From assembly GCA_036389315.1 (NCBI GenBank), contig DASVQF010000014.1, positions 61,812 through 85,811 on the forward strand: DNA of 24,000 bases. The letters run 5' to 3'. The stretch is from Pyrinomonadaceae bacterium (GTDB lineage Bacteria > Acidobacteriota > Blastocatellia > Pyrinomonadales > Pyrinomonadaceae). The translations under genes and the position numbers were made by a program. Positions 14,031 through 23,200 of the stretch are shown one piece after another (within the stretch, counting starts at the first letter, position 1; each line of letters starts with the position of its first letter). The notes under the pieces are model-generated. The model had not been told where the DNA came from. It saw only the letters and a program-made list of their open reading frames with translations, and did not search any database.

Positions 14031-14858
14031 ATGGATATTCACCCAACAGCCATTATCAGTCCGCGCGCCGCTATCGCAAGACACGTCCGTATCAGCCCTT
14101 ATGCAGTGATCGAAGATGAAGTGATTATCGGGGCTGGTTGCGAGATCGGCGCGCACGCCGTCATCAAACGCTTTACGAGCCTGGGCCAGCGCAACCGTAT
14201 TTACGAGCACACGACATTGGGCGGCGAGCCGCAGGACGTTAAATTCAAGGGCGAGAGAAGCTGCCTTTCCATCGGCGACGACAATCTGATACGAGAGGGC
14301 GTGACCATACATCGCGCGAGCGGCGAGGGAGAAGTGACGCAGGTAGGCTCGCGCAACTTCCTGATGATCGGCACACACATAGCGCATAATTGCGTGATCG
14401 GCGACGACAATATCTTTGCCAACGAAGTGGCCCTGGCCGGGCACATCCGGGTTGAAGATCACGTCTTTCTCTCGAACAACGTCGGCGCGCACCAGTTCGT
14501 GCGCTTCGGACGCTATGCGATGGTCGGCGGCAAGTCCAAGATCGTGCAGGACGTGCTGCCCTTCTTCACGACCGACGGGAATCCGCCGCGCGTGCGCGGC
14601 CTTAACCTGATCGGCCTGCGTCGCGGCGGCTTCGACGCACGGGCGCGCCAGCTCTTAAAGGAAGCGTACCGGATTCTATTTCGCCGTGGGCTCGGTTTGG
14701 GAGAGGCGCTCGCCGAGATGGCTTTGCTCAAGGACGAGAACGTCAATCACCTGATCGGCTTTATTCGCGAGTCGCGGCGCGGCTTTACGCGCGAGCGCAG
14801 GAAAGCTGGAGGAGCCGGGGAAGAAGAGGCGCTCGCCGCTTTGAAGGCGGACGTTTAA
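14031..14858 (+). CDS. lpxA: Acyl-ACP--UDP-N-acetylglucosamine O-acyltransferase
   Basis: 275 aa. Left-handed beta-helix hexapeptide repeats are collinear with E. coli LpxA: IHPTAII, IGAGCEIGAHAVI, IYEHTTLGGEPQDVKFKGE, IGDDNLIREGVTIHRA, VGSRNFLMIGTHIAHNCVIGD, LAGH, VHQFVRFGRYAMVGG, QDVLPF, and GLNLIGLRRGGF in the C-terminal helical domain. Confidence 0.93.
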   Translation: MDIHPTAIISPRAAIARHVRISPYAVIEDEVIIGAGCEIGAHAVIKRFTSLGQRNRIYEHTTLGGEPQDVKFKGERSCLSIGDDNLIREGVTIHRASGEGEVTQVGSRNFLMIGTHIAHNCVIGDDNIFANEVALAGHIRVEDHVFLSNNVGAHQFVRFGRYAMVGGKSKIVQDVLPFFTTDGNPPRVRGLNLIGLRRGGFDARARQLLKEAYRILFRRGLGLGEALAEMALLKDENVNHLIGFIRESRRGFTRERRKAGGAGEEEALAALKADV

Positions 14859-14870
14859 GAGGTTCGAGTT

Positions 14871-15932
14871 ATGAGCCAGGAGATGAAAGAGAAGACGGTC
14901 GCGGAGCTTGCGGCTCACGTCGGCGGGCGCGCGGTGGGCGACGCTAGTGTCTTGATTAGAAGAGTGGCGAGCCTTGAGACGGCCCAGGCGGGCGAGATAG
15001 CTTTCGTCGAAGAGAAGAAGCTGCTGGAAGGCGCGCGGAGCAGCAGGGCTTCGTGCCTTATCGTGCCCGAGGGCGCAACGCTCGACGGAAGATGCCTGAT
15101 CGAAGTGGCGCGTCCCAAGCTGGCCTTTGCCTTGATCGCAGAGCTGCTGCACCCGCGCAAGCAGTACGAGCCGGGCGTACACGAGACGGCCGTTATCGCG
15201 GCGAGCGCACGCCTGGATAGTAGCGCCTACGTTGGCCCATACGTGCGCGTCGGCGAACGCACGAGCATTGGCCCAGGCACACAGATTCACGCGGGCGTGT
15301 CAATCGGAGACGATGTTTTCATAGGGCGTGACTGTGTGATTCATCCGAACGTGGTGATCTACGACAATGTCCGTCTGGGCGACCGCGTGCATCTACACGG
15401 CGGCGTGTGTGTGGGGGCGGACGGGTTTGGCTATGTGCCCGACGCGGAGAACGTGCGCCATAAATTCCCGCAGATCGGCAGCGTCCTTATCGAAGACGAC
15501 GTGGAGATCGGCGCGCACACCTGCGTTGACAGGGGCGCGCTCGGGCGGACTCGGATCGGGCGCGCGACCAAGATAGACAACCTCGTTCAGATCGGACACA
15601 ACGTTGACATAGGCGAGCGCGTCGTCATCGCCGCGCAGACAGGCATCTCGGGCAGCACGGTCATCGAAGACGACGCCGTCATCGGCGGGCAGGTCGGCTT
15701 TGGCGATCACGCGCGCGTGCAGAGCGGGGCCATCATAGGCTCTAAGGCGGGTGTCCTTCCCGGCAAGATCGTTAGGCCCGGCGTCTGGTGGGGCATCCCC
15801 GTGCAGCCCTTGGAAGATTACAAACGCCTCAACGCCCACATCAATCGCCTCCCGCAGCTACGCGAAGAGGTGAAGCGCCTGCGCGCAGAGATGGAAGAAC
15901 TGAAGAAAGGGATGAGGGATGAAATGGGTTGA
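14871..15932 (+). CDS. lpxD: UDP-3-O-(3-hydroxyacyl)glucosamine N-acyltransferase
   Basis: 353 aa. AAGAGG RBS; the start is 12 nt after the lpxA stop. The N-terminal uridine-binding domain has SLETAQAGEIAFVEEKK. Hexapeptide repeats carry GADGFGY, FPQIGSVLIEDDVEIGAHTCVDRGALGRTRIG, KIDNLVQIGHNV and WWGIPVQP, followed by a C-terminal coiled coil. Confidence 0.93.
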   Translation: MSQEMKEKTVAELAAHVGGRAVGDASVLIRRVASLETAQAGEIAFVEEKKLLEGARSSRASCLIVPEGATLDGRCLIEVARPKLAFALIAELLHPRKQYEPGVHETAVIAASARLDSSAYVGPYVRVGERTSIGPGTQIHAGVSIGDDVFIGRDCVIHPNVVIYDNVRLGDRVHLHGGVCVGADGFGYVPDAENVRHKFPQIGSVLIEDDVEIGAHTCVDRGALGRTRIGRATKIDNLVQIGHNVDIGERVVIAAQTGISGSTVIEDDAVIGGQVGFGDHARVQSGAIIGSKAGVLPGKIVRPGVWWGIPVQPLEDYKRLNAHINRLPQLREEVKRLRAEMEELKKGMRDEMG

Positions 15933-15973
15933 CTGAATCGCTCATTGAATCATAATCTTCAATAGCTCTTCCT

Positions 15974-17218
15974 TCATCCCTCTTCCCGTCGATGCTCCCA
16001 CTCTCTGACGGCGCGCAGGACTGCGGCTGCGGCGCGGCGCGAGGCCCGTCCTGCTCCGAGCAGGGCCGTCACACGCGCGAGTTCGGCGCGCGCCTTCCGG
16101 TTACGTCCTTCGTCCAGGAGGGCCAGCAGTTCCGCAGCCAGCTTCTCTCCGTTCAACTCCTGCTGCATCAGCTCCGTCACAACCCTTTCGCCCGCGATCA
16201 GGTTGACGAGGCCGAAGTGCTCTGCGTGTATCAGGCGGCCCAGCGTGTGCCAGTTCAAGGCAGATTCCTTGTAGACGATGACGAGCGGCGTGCCGACGAG
16301 CGCGGCTTCCAGCGTCGCCGTGCCGCTCGCCACAGCCGCCGCGTCCGAGGCCGCCAGAGCTTCGCGCGTCTCGTGCTCAGAGATGCGCAAGGTCTCGGGC
16401 AGGCGCGTGCCGCGTCGCTTCGCTTCATCAATCAAGGCCGTGACTTCCGCTGCCGTTCTGCTCGGAGCGATGACGAGGACGAACTGCACGTCGGGGCGTG
16501 TGAGCGAGATGCGCCAGGCGGCTTCGAGCATCGGCGGAAGAATGCGTTCCAGCTCTTTGCGGCGACTGCCCGGCAGGAGCGCGATCAGTGGGCGCGATTC
16601 GTCCAGACGGTTGCGGCGGCAAACTTCGGCGCGCCCGTAGCGCGGGTGGACTTCGCCCGTCAGAGGATGGCCGACGAACTCTACGTGCGTGACGCCGCGC
16701 CGCTGATACCAGCTCGGCTCGAAAGGGAGAATGCCGAGCAGGAGGTCTACGTCGCGGCGTATGTTGCGCACGCGATAGGAGCGCCAGGCCCAGAGCTGCG
16801 GGCTGATGTAATAGATCACGCGCAAGCCCCGCCTGTGCAGCGAGCGCGCCAGCCGCAGGTTGAACTCGGGCCAGTCCACCAGGATTACAGCTTCGGGCCG
16901 CCGCTCTGTGGCGACGCGCTTCAGCGTCTTGAAGGCGCGCCAGAATTTCCGAAACGCGCCAGCCACTTCGACTATCCCCATGATGGCCAGCTCGTCCGCC
17001 TGCACGACGGATTCCACTCCCGCCGCGCGCATCATTGGGCCCGTCGAGCCGTAAAGCTCCAGGTGTGCGTGCGGCGCAAGCTCCCTGAGCGCGCGCACCA
17101 GCGCGGCGGCGTGCGTGTCGCCCGACGGCTCACCGGCCACGATCATCAAACGAAAGCTCTCGGCGGACTTCGCGCTCATGCCGGGAGACAATAGCACGAG
17201 CGCAAGCAGGCAACACAC
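15974..17218 (-). CDS. lpxB: Lipid-A-disaccharide synthase
   Basis: Carries the GT19 hallmark MIVAGEPSGDTHAAALVRAL, then YYISPQLWAWR, and LLPGSRRKELERILP. The longest ORF (GTG at 17218) adds a hydrophobic 13-aa extension. The ATG at 17179 (MSAKSAESFRLMIVAGEPSGD) is an equally plausible start. Confidence 0.9.
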   Translation of the reverse strand: MCCLLALVLLSPGMSAKSAESFRLMIVAGEPSGDTHAAALVRALRELAPHAHLELYGSTGPMMRAAGVESVVQADELAIMGIVEVAGAFRKFWRAFKTLKRVATERRPEAVILVDWPEFNLRLARSLHRRGLRVIYYISPQLWAWRSYRVRNIRRDVDLLLGILPFEPSWYQRRGVTHVEFVGHPLTGEVHPRYGRAEVCRRNRLDESRPLIALLPGSRRKELERILPPMLEAAWRISLTRPDVQFVLVIAPSRTAAEVTALIDEAKRRGTRLPETLRISEHETREALAASDAAAVASGTATLEAALVGTPLVIVYKESALNWHTLGRLIHAEHFGLVNLIAGERVVTELMQQELNGEKLAAELLALLDEGRNRKARAELARVTALLGAGRASRRAAAAVLRAVREWEHRREEG

Positions 17219-17320
17219 GTTCGCGGAGTGTCGCTCTAGCTCTTCTACCTTCCCGCTTCTGCTTTAAGCCTCTTCCGTGTTAGCATCGGCTCGCCTTTGA
17301 CGACAACAGGGCGCATTCCA

Positions 17321-17383
17321 CTCGGCTCCGCTCGCGGCGCGAGCCGAGTTCAGAAGAAGCGCCCGCATCTTCTGAACTCGGCC
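17321..17383. promoter_or_regulatory. Two mutually exclusive GC-rich hairpins in the lpxB-lptD divergent intergenic region
   Basis: Hairpin A: CTCGGCTC (17321-17328) pairs with GAGCCGAG (17341-17348). Hairpin B: a perfect 15-bp stem, GCCGAGTTCAGAAGA (17343-17357) pairing with TCTTCTGAACTCGGC (17368-17382), with a 10-nt loop. The right arm of A is part of the left arm of B. GGAGG (17387-17391) and the lptD TTG (17406) follow. Confidence 0.6.
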
Positions 17384-17405
17384 TCTGGAGGTCTTCGTCT
17401 AATCT

Positions 17406-19946
17406 TTGCGCAATCCTGTTTTCGCAATCCATTTGCGCTGTTTGTCGGTCTTCGCCTGCTTCCTGTTGATCTGCCTGGTGCTCTGTGTCTGCCCGCGCGC
17501 CCGTGCGCAGCAGCAGACCAATCCAGTCGAGCGCGAGGTCATCAATCCGTTGACCGACACGCCGGACGTGAACCCGCTCAGGCAGGAGCAGCCCGTGCGT
17601 GCGCGCCTGCCCGTCAGGACGGGAGACGGGCGCGCGACCGCAGCGACGGACGAGTTGGACGTGCGCGCAGACAAGCTGACGGCGAGTGGGCCCAAGGAGG
17701 CGCGCATAGTCGTCTACGAAGGCAATGTTGACGTACGCATCGGCGTCTATCGCTTGCAGGCCGACAAGGTCACCGTCTACGAAGCGAACAACAGGGTCGT
17801 GGCCGAAGGCAACGTCGTGTTTGACCAGGAGCCTGGACAACGCATCACGGGCTCTCGCGCCGAGTGGAATTACTCGACCAAGCTCGGATTTTTCGTCAAC
17901 TCGACGGGTTTTACCAACCAGACGCAGGACGGCACAGTCCTCTACTTCACGGCCGACAGCGTCGAGAAGGTCGCGCCCGACAAGATCGTCGCCGTCAACG
18001 CCGAAGTCACAGCCTGCGAAGAGAACGTGCCGAAGTGGAGCTTCAAGTCCACGCGCGTCAGTATCACCCTCAACGACCGCGTGAGGGTCAGGACGCCGAG
18101 CTTTCGCATCCGTGGCGTGCCCGTCCTCGTGATGCCTTACGCTTCCGTTTCGATCAAGCGGCGAGACCGCGCCTCAGGCTTTCTGACTCCGACCTTCAGC
18201 GGCTCCGGCAACAAAGGCTTTCGCATCTCGAACGCCTACTACCAGACTTTGGGTCGCTCGGCCGACATCACTTTCCGCAACGACATCTACACTGAGCGCG
18301 GACTGGGTTTCGGATTCGACCTCCGCACGCGGGCCAACTCGCGCTCTTCCCTAGACCTAGGACTCTACGCCGTCAAAGACCGCATCTTTGGGCCCGAGGA
18401 GAGCCCCGAGAATCCAGACCAGGGCGGCTCGATGTTTTACGTCAAGGGAGTCCATTACTTTCCGAACGGGTTCGTCGCCGCCGCAGACGTGAACATCACT
18501 TCAAACCTGGCCTTTCGGCAGGTCTTCTCCGATTCGATCCAGCAGGCCATCTCGCCCGAGGAGCGCTCGCAGCTCTTCATCAACAAGAACGCGGGCGACT
18601 ACAGCTTCAACTTCCTGGCCCGCACGCAGGTCACTTCTCTGCCCAACGTGCGGGTGCGCACGCGCCAGCTTCCGAGCATCACGCTCGACAAGCGCCCTTC
18701 CGCTCTCAGGTACTTCGAGCGCCTGCCCGTCTACTTCTCTTTCGAGGGCGGCCTCGAAGGCGTGAGCCGCAAAGAGACGGTCGAAGACCCCGCGGCATTT
18801 CTGGCCCAGGTGGCGGGCGAAGCCATCAACACGCCATCCATCGTGCAACGCCTGGACGTGCACCCGCGCTTCGCCGTCCCCTTTCATTTCGGCGGCTGGT
18901 CTGTGACGGCCACGGCCGGCCTGCGCGGGACTTACTATTCCAATTCGATTGACCCGACGACCCGCCTGGTCTTGAGCCGAGATGTCGTGCGCGGCTACGG
19001 AGAGTTCGAGGTGGACGTGCGACCGCCCGCTCTGGCGCGCAACTTCCGGCACGGCGACGGCTCCTTCTTCTTCCGCCACGTCATAGAGCCCTACATGATC
19101 TATCGCAAGATCGAGGGCATCACCAATTTCGAGCGCATCATCCGCACCGATTACACCGACGCCATAGCCGACACCAACGAGATTGAGTTCGGCATACACA
19201 ATCGCTTCTTCACGCGACGCTCGACTGAAAACGTGAGCGGCGTGACCACCCCGGCCAGCAACCGCCCGCACGTTCCCCTGGCGAGCCAGCCTTACGAGGC
19301 GCTGACCATCACCGTGCGCGGGAAATATTTCTTCGACCCATATTTCGGAGGCGCGCTCGTTCCCGGTCGCCGCAACCAGTTCTATCCGATCAATACCTTT
19401 TCGGCCTTCTCTTACGGCGGCGTGCCCCGCCGCTTTTCGCCCGTCAACATAGAGGCGCGCTACCGCCCGCAGCACAACCTGTTCGCGGACGTACGCACGG
19501 ACATAGACGTGCAGAAGTTCGGAGTGCGAAACTTTTCGCTGACCTTCGGCTTGAACCTGCGCCTGATACGGGCCTATCAAAGCTTCTACTTCACGCGGGC
19601 CATCAGCCTGGTTCCGAGCCTCCGCCAGTTCGGCGACCCGTTCGGCCATGAAGTGGGCACACAGCGCGGCTCGCAGTGGAGCCCTTCTGTTTTCCTGGGC
19701 AAGCCTGATCGCGGCCTCTACGGCGGCGCTTCCTTCTTCTTCGATTTCCAGAACCGCCCGCGCGAGGGGAACACGTCCCTGGTGAGCGCCGTGCTCACGC
19801 TCGGCTACACTTGGGACTGCTGCGCCGTGACCGTGCAGAACTACCACTTCAACGTCGGCCTGCGCAACGAGAACCGGACGGTCTTCAGCTTCCGCCTCAA
19901 CGGCATAGGCACTTTCGGCACGGAACAGATCGGCCAGCGATTCTGA
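17406..19946 (+). CDS. lptD: LPS-assembly outer-membrane protein LptD (OstA family)
   Basis: 846 aa. The TTG start comes directly after an in-frame TAA; an alternative TTG is at 17433. The signal peptide is LSVFACFLLICLVLCVCPRARA/QQQ. The OstA-type N-terminal domain has IVVYEGNVDVRIGVYRLQADKVTVYEANNRVVAEGNVVF. A long beta-barrel region follows, with a C-terminal aromatic beta-signal (...EQIGQRF). Confidence 0.88.
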   Translation: MRNPVFAIHLRCLSVFACFLLICLVLCVCPRARAQQQTNPVEREVINPLTDTPDVNPLRQEQPVRARLPVRTGDGRATAATDELDVRADKLTASGPKEARIVVYEGNVDVRIGVYRLQADKVTVYEANNRVVAEGNVVFDQEPGQRITGSRAEWNYSTKLGFFVNSTGFTNQTQDGTVLYFTADSVEKVAPDKIVAVNAEVTACEENVPKWSFKSTRVSITLNDRVRVRTPSFRIRGVPVLVMPYASVSIKRRDRASGFLTPTFSGSGNKGFRISNAYYQTLGRSADITFRNDIYTERGLGFGFDLRTRANSRSSLDLGLYAVKDRIFGPEESPENPDQGGSMFYVKGVHYFPNGFVAAADVNITSNLAFRQVFSDSIQQAISPEERSQLFINKNAGDYSFNFLARTQVTSLPNVRVRTRQLPSITLDKRPSALRYFERLPVYFSFEGGLEGVSRKETVEDPAAFLAQVAGEAINTPSIVQRLDVHPRFAVPFHFGGWSVTATAGLRGTYYSNSIDPTTRLVLSRDVVRGYGEFEVDVRPPALARNFRHGDGSFFFRHVIEPYMIYRKIEGITNFERIIRTDYTDAIADTNEIEFGIHNRFFTRRSTENVSGVTTPASNRPHVPLASQPYEALTITVRGKYFFDPYFGGALVPGRRNQFYPINTFSAFSYGGVPRRFSPVNIEARYRPQHNLFADVRTDIDVQKFGVRNFSLTFGLNLRLIRAYQSFYFTRAISLVPSLRQFGDPFGHEVGTQRGSQWSPSVFLGKPDRGLYGGASFFFDFQNRPREGNTSLVSAVLTLGYTWDCCAVTVQNYHFNVGLRNENRTVFSFRLNGIGTFGTEQIGQRF

Positions 19947-20237
19947 GAGCGTTTGGCCGCCGCGCTCGATGGGGAATATAATCCGCCGGGCGTGTCCGGT
20001 TTCCCGCCTCAAAAGGGGCTGAAGAGCGGGTTCCGGATGCATCCTTCGGTGCGGTATGTGGCATCAAAAGCAACGTTTCCGAACTGTTTGCCACGGAAGA
20101 CTTTTCCCGACTGCGCCCCCAACTCCGATAGTCTTAAGTAGAATTTGATAATTGCGGTGCTCGTCTTTTAACCTTTCCCCCTCTCTCGGGTCTGGATTTG
20201 AGGCCGCCCGCCATCGTCCGTTTTCAGGAGAGCACAG

Positions 20238-23200
20238 ATGTTGCGCGTTCCCCACAATCGTAGAGCCCCCGCGTCCAGTCAAACGAAGTCTCGGAGAAGC
20301 CGCTTTCGCCTGAGCTTGACGGTCGCGCTCTGCCTCTTAGCCCTCGCCAGCCTGGCGGCCTTCGGCGTCTCGGCGCAACTCACGGACGGCCCTCCTGCGA
20401 ACGAGGCTCCCAATCAGGCGGCCCTTCAATCCTCCACCGCGAAGGGGTCGCACGGGGCGGAGTTTGTTCCGGGCGACATACTGGTTCGCTATCGCAACAA
20501 TCTGGCAGCCAGTCGTGCTGAGACGGCAGACCTCCCGCTGCTCAAGCACGGGCGCGCGATGAAGGTCAACGTCGAGCGCTTCGACGGCTCTCGCCTTGTG
20601 CCGGGCTTGCGCATTGCGCGCGTCCGGGCCGAAGAGACGCTCGATGCGATTGCGGCCCTCAAGGAAGACCCCAATGTGCTCTACGCCGAGCCGAACTACA
20701 TCATGCACGCGGAACTGCTGCCTAATGACGCGCGCTTCGGCGAGATGTGGGCCCTTAAAAACACAGGTCAGTCGGGCAACGTGGGCCCTCCCGAAGATAC
20801 CCGCCTTGTCAGCGGCACGCCGGGCGTAGATATTGACGCCGAGCTGGCCTGGACAAATTTCAATACCGGCAGCAGCAGCGTCGTCGTCGGCATCATCGAT
20901 TCGGGCATAGACATTAACCACCCTGACCTGCAAGCCAACATCTGGACTAATCCGGGCGAATCGGGCGGCGGCAAAGAGAGTAACGGAATTGACGACGACG
21001 GGAACGGTCGCATTGACGATGTACACGGCTGGGACTTCTTTTCAAACAACAACTCCGTCTACGATGATCCGGCCGTAGACTTTCACGGCACGCACGTCGC
21101 CGGAACCATCGGCGCTGTCGGCAACAACGGCATAGGCGTCACCGGCATCAACTGGCAGATAAAGATGATGCCGCTCAAGTTTATCGGCCCAACCGACGGG
21201 GGGGACACGGGGGGTTCGACCACAGGGGCAATCGCGGCGATAACATACGCCGTGGATATGCGTAATCGCGGCGTGAATATCCGCGTCCTGAACAACAGTT
21301 GGGGCAGTAGCGGCCCCCCCGGGCAGTCCCTCACCAATGCCGTCAACGCTGCCAATAACGCTGGCATCCTTTTCGTGGCGGCGGCTGGCAATGAGAGTAC
21401 AGATAGCGATGATTCGCCGGGAACGCCCGGAGGTGTTGACGCCCCGAACGTGATTCGCGCGATGGCGACCGACCGCATTGACGACCTGGCCTATTTCTCT
21501 AACATCGGAACGCGACTGCCCGGCATAGGCGCGCCCGGCCGGGGCATCCTGAGCACAACCCCGCGCAACTACACGGGCGCGACATATACGGAGGCGGACG
21601 GCTCGACCTACAGCTTCTTTGCCGGGACTTCGATGGCGACGCCGCATGTGACGGGCGTCGCGGCTCTCATCCTGGCGCAGTATCCGGGCATCTCCGTGCA
21701 GCGTTTGCGCGCCGCGCTCCTCTTCAGCGGCGAAGCCACTGCGGCGCTCGCAGGCAAGACCTCAGGCGGGCGCAGGTTGAATGCCTACCAGGCTCTACTT
21801 AACGCCGGTACGACAGATTCCGTCGCGCCCACCGTCAGCGGGCTCGCCGTCGCGTCCCAGAACGGTCGCAACGTCACCTTGCAGTTCAGCGCAGGCGATG
21901 ACGGCGCTTCCGGTCTCGCCGCTCTCTACGACATTATCTTTACGTCGAGCGCGGGCGGGCAGTATCACATCGGCGCTTTCGCCCCGAGCCTGTTGAGCAA
22001 TTCGCAGAGCGTGACGGTGACTATTCCTTACAGGCAAACTGCCGGAACCATCACCTTGAACGCGCTTGACGAGGTTGGCAACAGTGGCTTGGCAAGCGTC
22101 GGCGTCACAGTAGGCGACACGGTCACGCAACCCTATACCGTCGCCCTGAGCGCAGCCGCCCCGCTTTCGACCGGCGGCACGGGGCTTGGGGTTATCGGCG
22201 ACGACAAGTACAGGTTCAACTACCAGCTCCCCTTCCCCTTCCCCTTCTTCGGGCAGCCCGTGAGCAGAGTTTCCGTTTCAACGAACGGCGCGCTCTACTT
22301 CGCGCCGCCGCCGCAAAGAACCAACGGCGATGCTGACGATGCCGGAAGCTCCGTGCTCGGACTCAATTCTCAGGCGATGATCGCCGGTATGTGGGACGAC
22401 CTGCGCACAGACCGCTTCAGCGGTGACGTGTTCGTCGTCACCCCCGAAGCCGGTCGCATCATCTTTCGCTGGCAGGGCTCGACCTTCGCCAGTGACACAC
22501 AGCCCGTCAATTTCGAGATAGAGCTGCGCAGCGATGGAGTAATCCAAACGCGATACGGCAGCGGCAACGGCGGCCTGAGACCCGTAGTCGGTATCTCAAG
22601 CGGTGACGCCGATGCTTATTCCGCAAACGCTACGAACGCCTACGTGGTCGGCTCGCACACTTCGACTTCTTCCCTGATAGACTTGGCGAACGCGCAGACA
22701 GTGACATTTGCGCCGCAGGCTACGGCTCCGGCCTGCACATACGCTCTGAGCCAGACGGCGCAGAGCTTTTCATCCGGGGCCGCTTCGGGCACTGTCAACG
22801 TGACTGCGGGCGCGGGTTGCACTTGGACTGCCGCGAGCAACGATCCGTCATTCATCACTATCACGTCGGGCACGGGCGGCACTGGAAACGGCACGCTCAG
22901 CTTCTCGGTCGCAGCCAACGCGGGGGCCGCGCGCACGGGCACGCTGACCATCGCAGGCCAAACCTTCACGGTCACGCAGGCCGCCGCTCCTGCGAGCGTA
23001 CAATTGGGCCAGGCGAGCTACTCTGTGAGCGAAGGGCAGGCGTTTCTCAACGTCGTCGTCACGCGCACGGGCGACACGTCCAGCGCCATGACGATCAGGT
23101 ACGCGACCAGCGACACGACGGACGCCAACTTCCGCTGTGACCCGAGCACCGTGGGCCAAGTCACGGGCGTCGCTTCCAGAAAGTGCGATTACCACATAGC

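Noticed and set aside
13620-14492. 290-aa minus-strand ORF spanning the intergenic region and the 5' half of lpxA; also 13808-14119 (+)
   Set aside because: It overlaps the unmistakable lpxA frame. The translation has no recognisable features, and there is no RBS.
15944-15963. ATTGAA...TTCAAT inverted repeat between convergent lpxD and lpxB as a bidirectional terminator
   Set aside because: It has only a 6-bp AT-rich stem with an 8-nt loop and no U-tract, which is too weak to call.
15992-17194. 400-aa plus-strand ORF antisense to lpxB
   Set aside because: It is a shadow ORF with an Arg-rich junk translation. The minus frame is a collinear LpxB.
19977-19982. Perfect TATAAT hexamers at 19977-19982 and 13701-13706 as promoters
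   Set aside because: Neither has an acceptable -35 element at 16-19 nt. Isolated hexamers are expected by chance, so they are mentioned only as context.
18501-20042. 513-aa minus-strand ORF antisense to lptD
   Set aside because: It is a shadow ORF. The + frame has a signal peptide, an OstA domain and a C-terminal OMP beta-signal.
20271-20300. Possible twin-arginine (Tat) signal in the protease leader ([11 protein letters not shown])
   Set aside because: An RR pair is present, but the following residues do not fit the S/T-R-R-x-F-L-K spacing. An ordinary Sec signal with AxA-like cleavage (VSA/Q) explains it.
20337-21647. Minus-strand ORFs 20337-21026 and 21042-21647, which are the only long ORFs the track lists in this region
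   Set aside because: They are antisense to an open-ended + strand S8 protease frame with a complete Asp/His/Ser triad, which the track omits for lack of a stop codon.
22229-22246. (CCCCTT)x3 microsatellite
   Set aside because: It lies in frame inside the protease gene and simply encodes PFPFPF of the NIDO-like motif. There is no evidence of phase variation, and the 6-bp unit preserves the frame.
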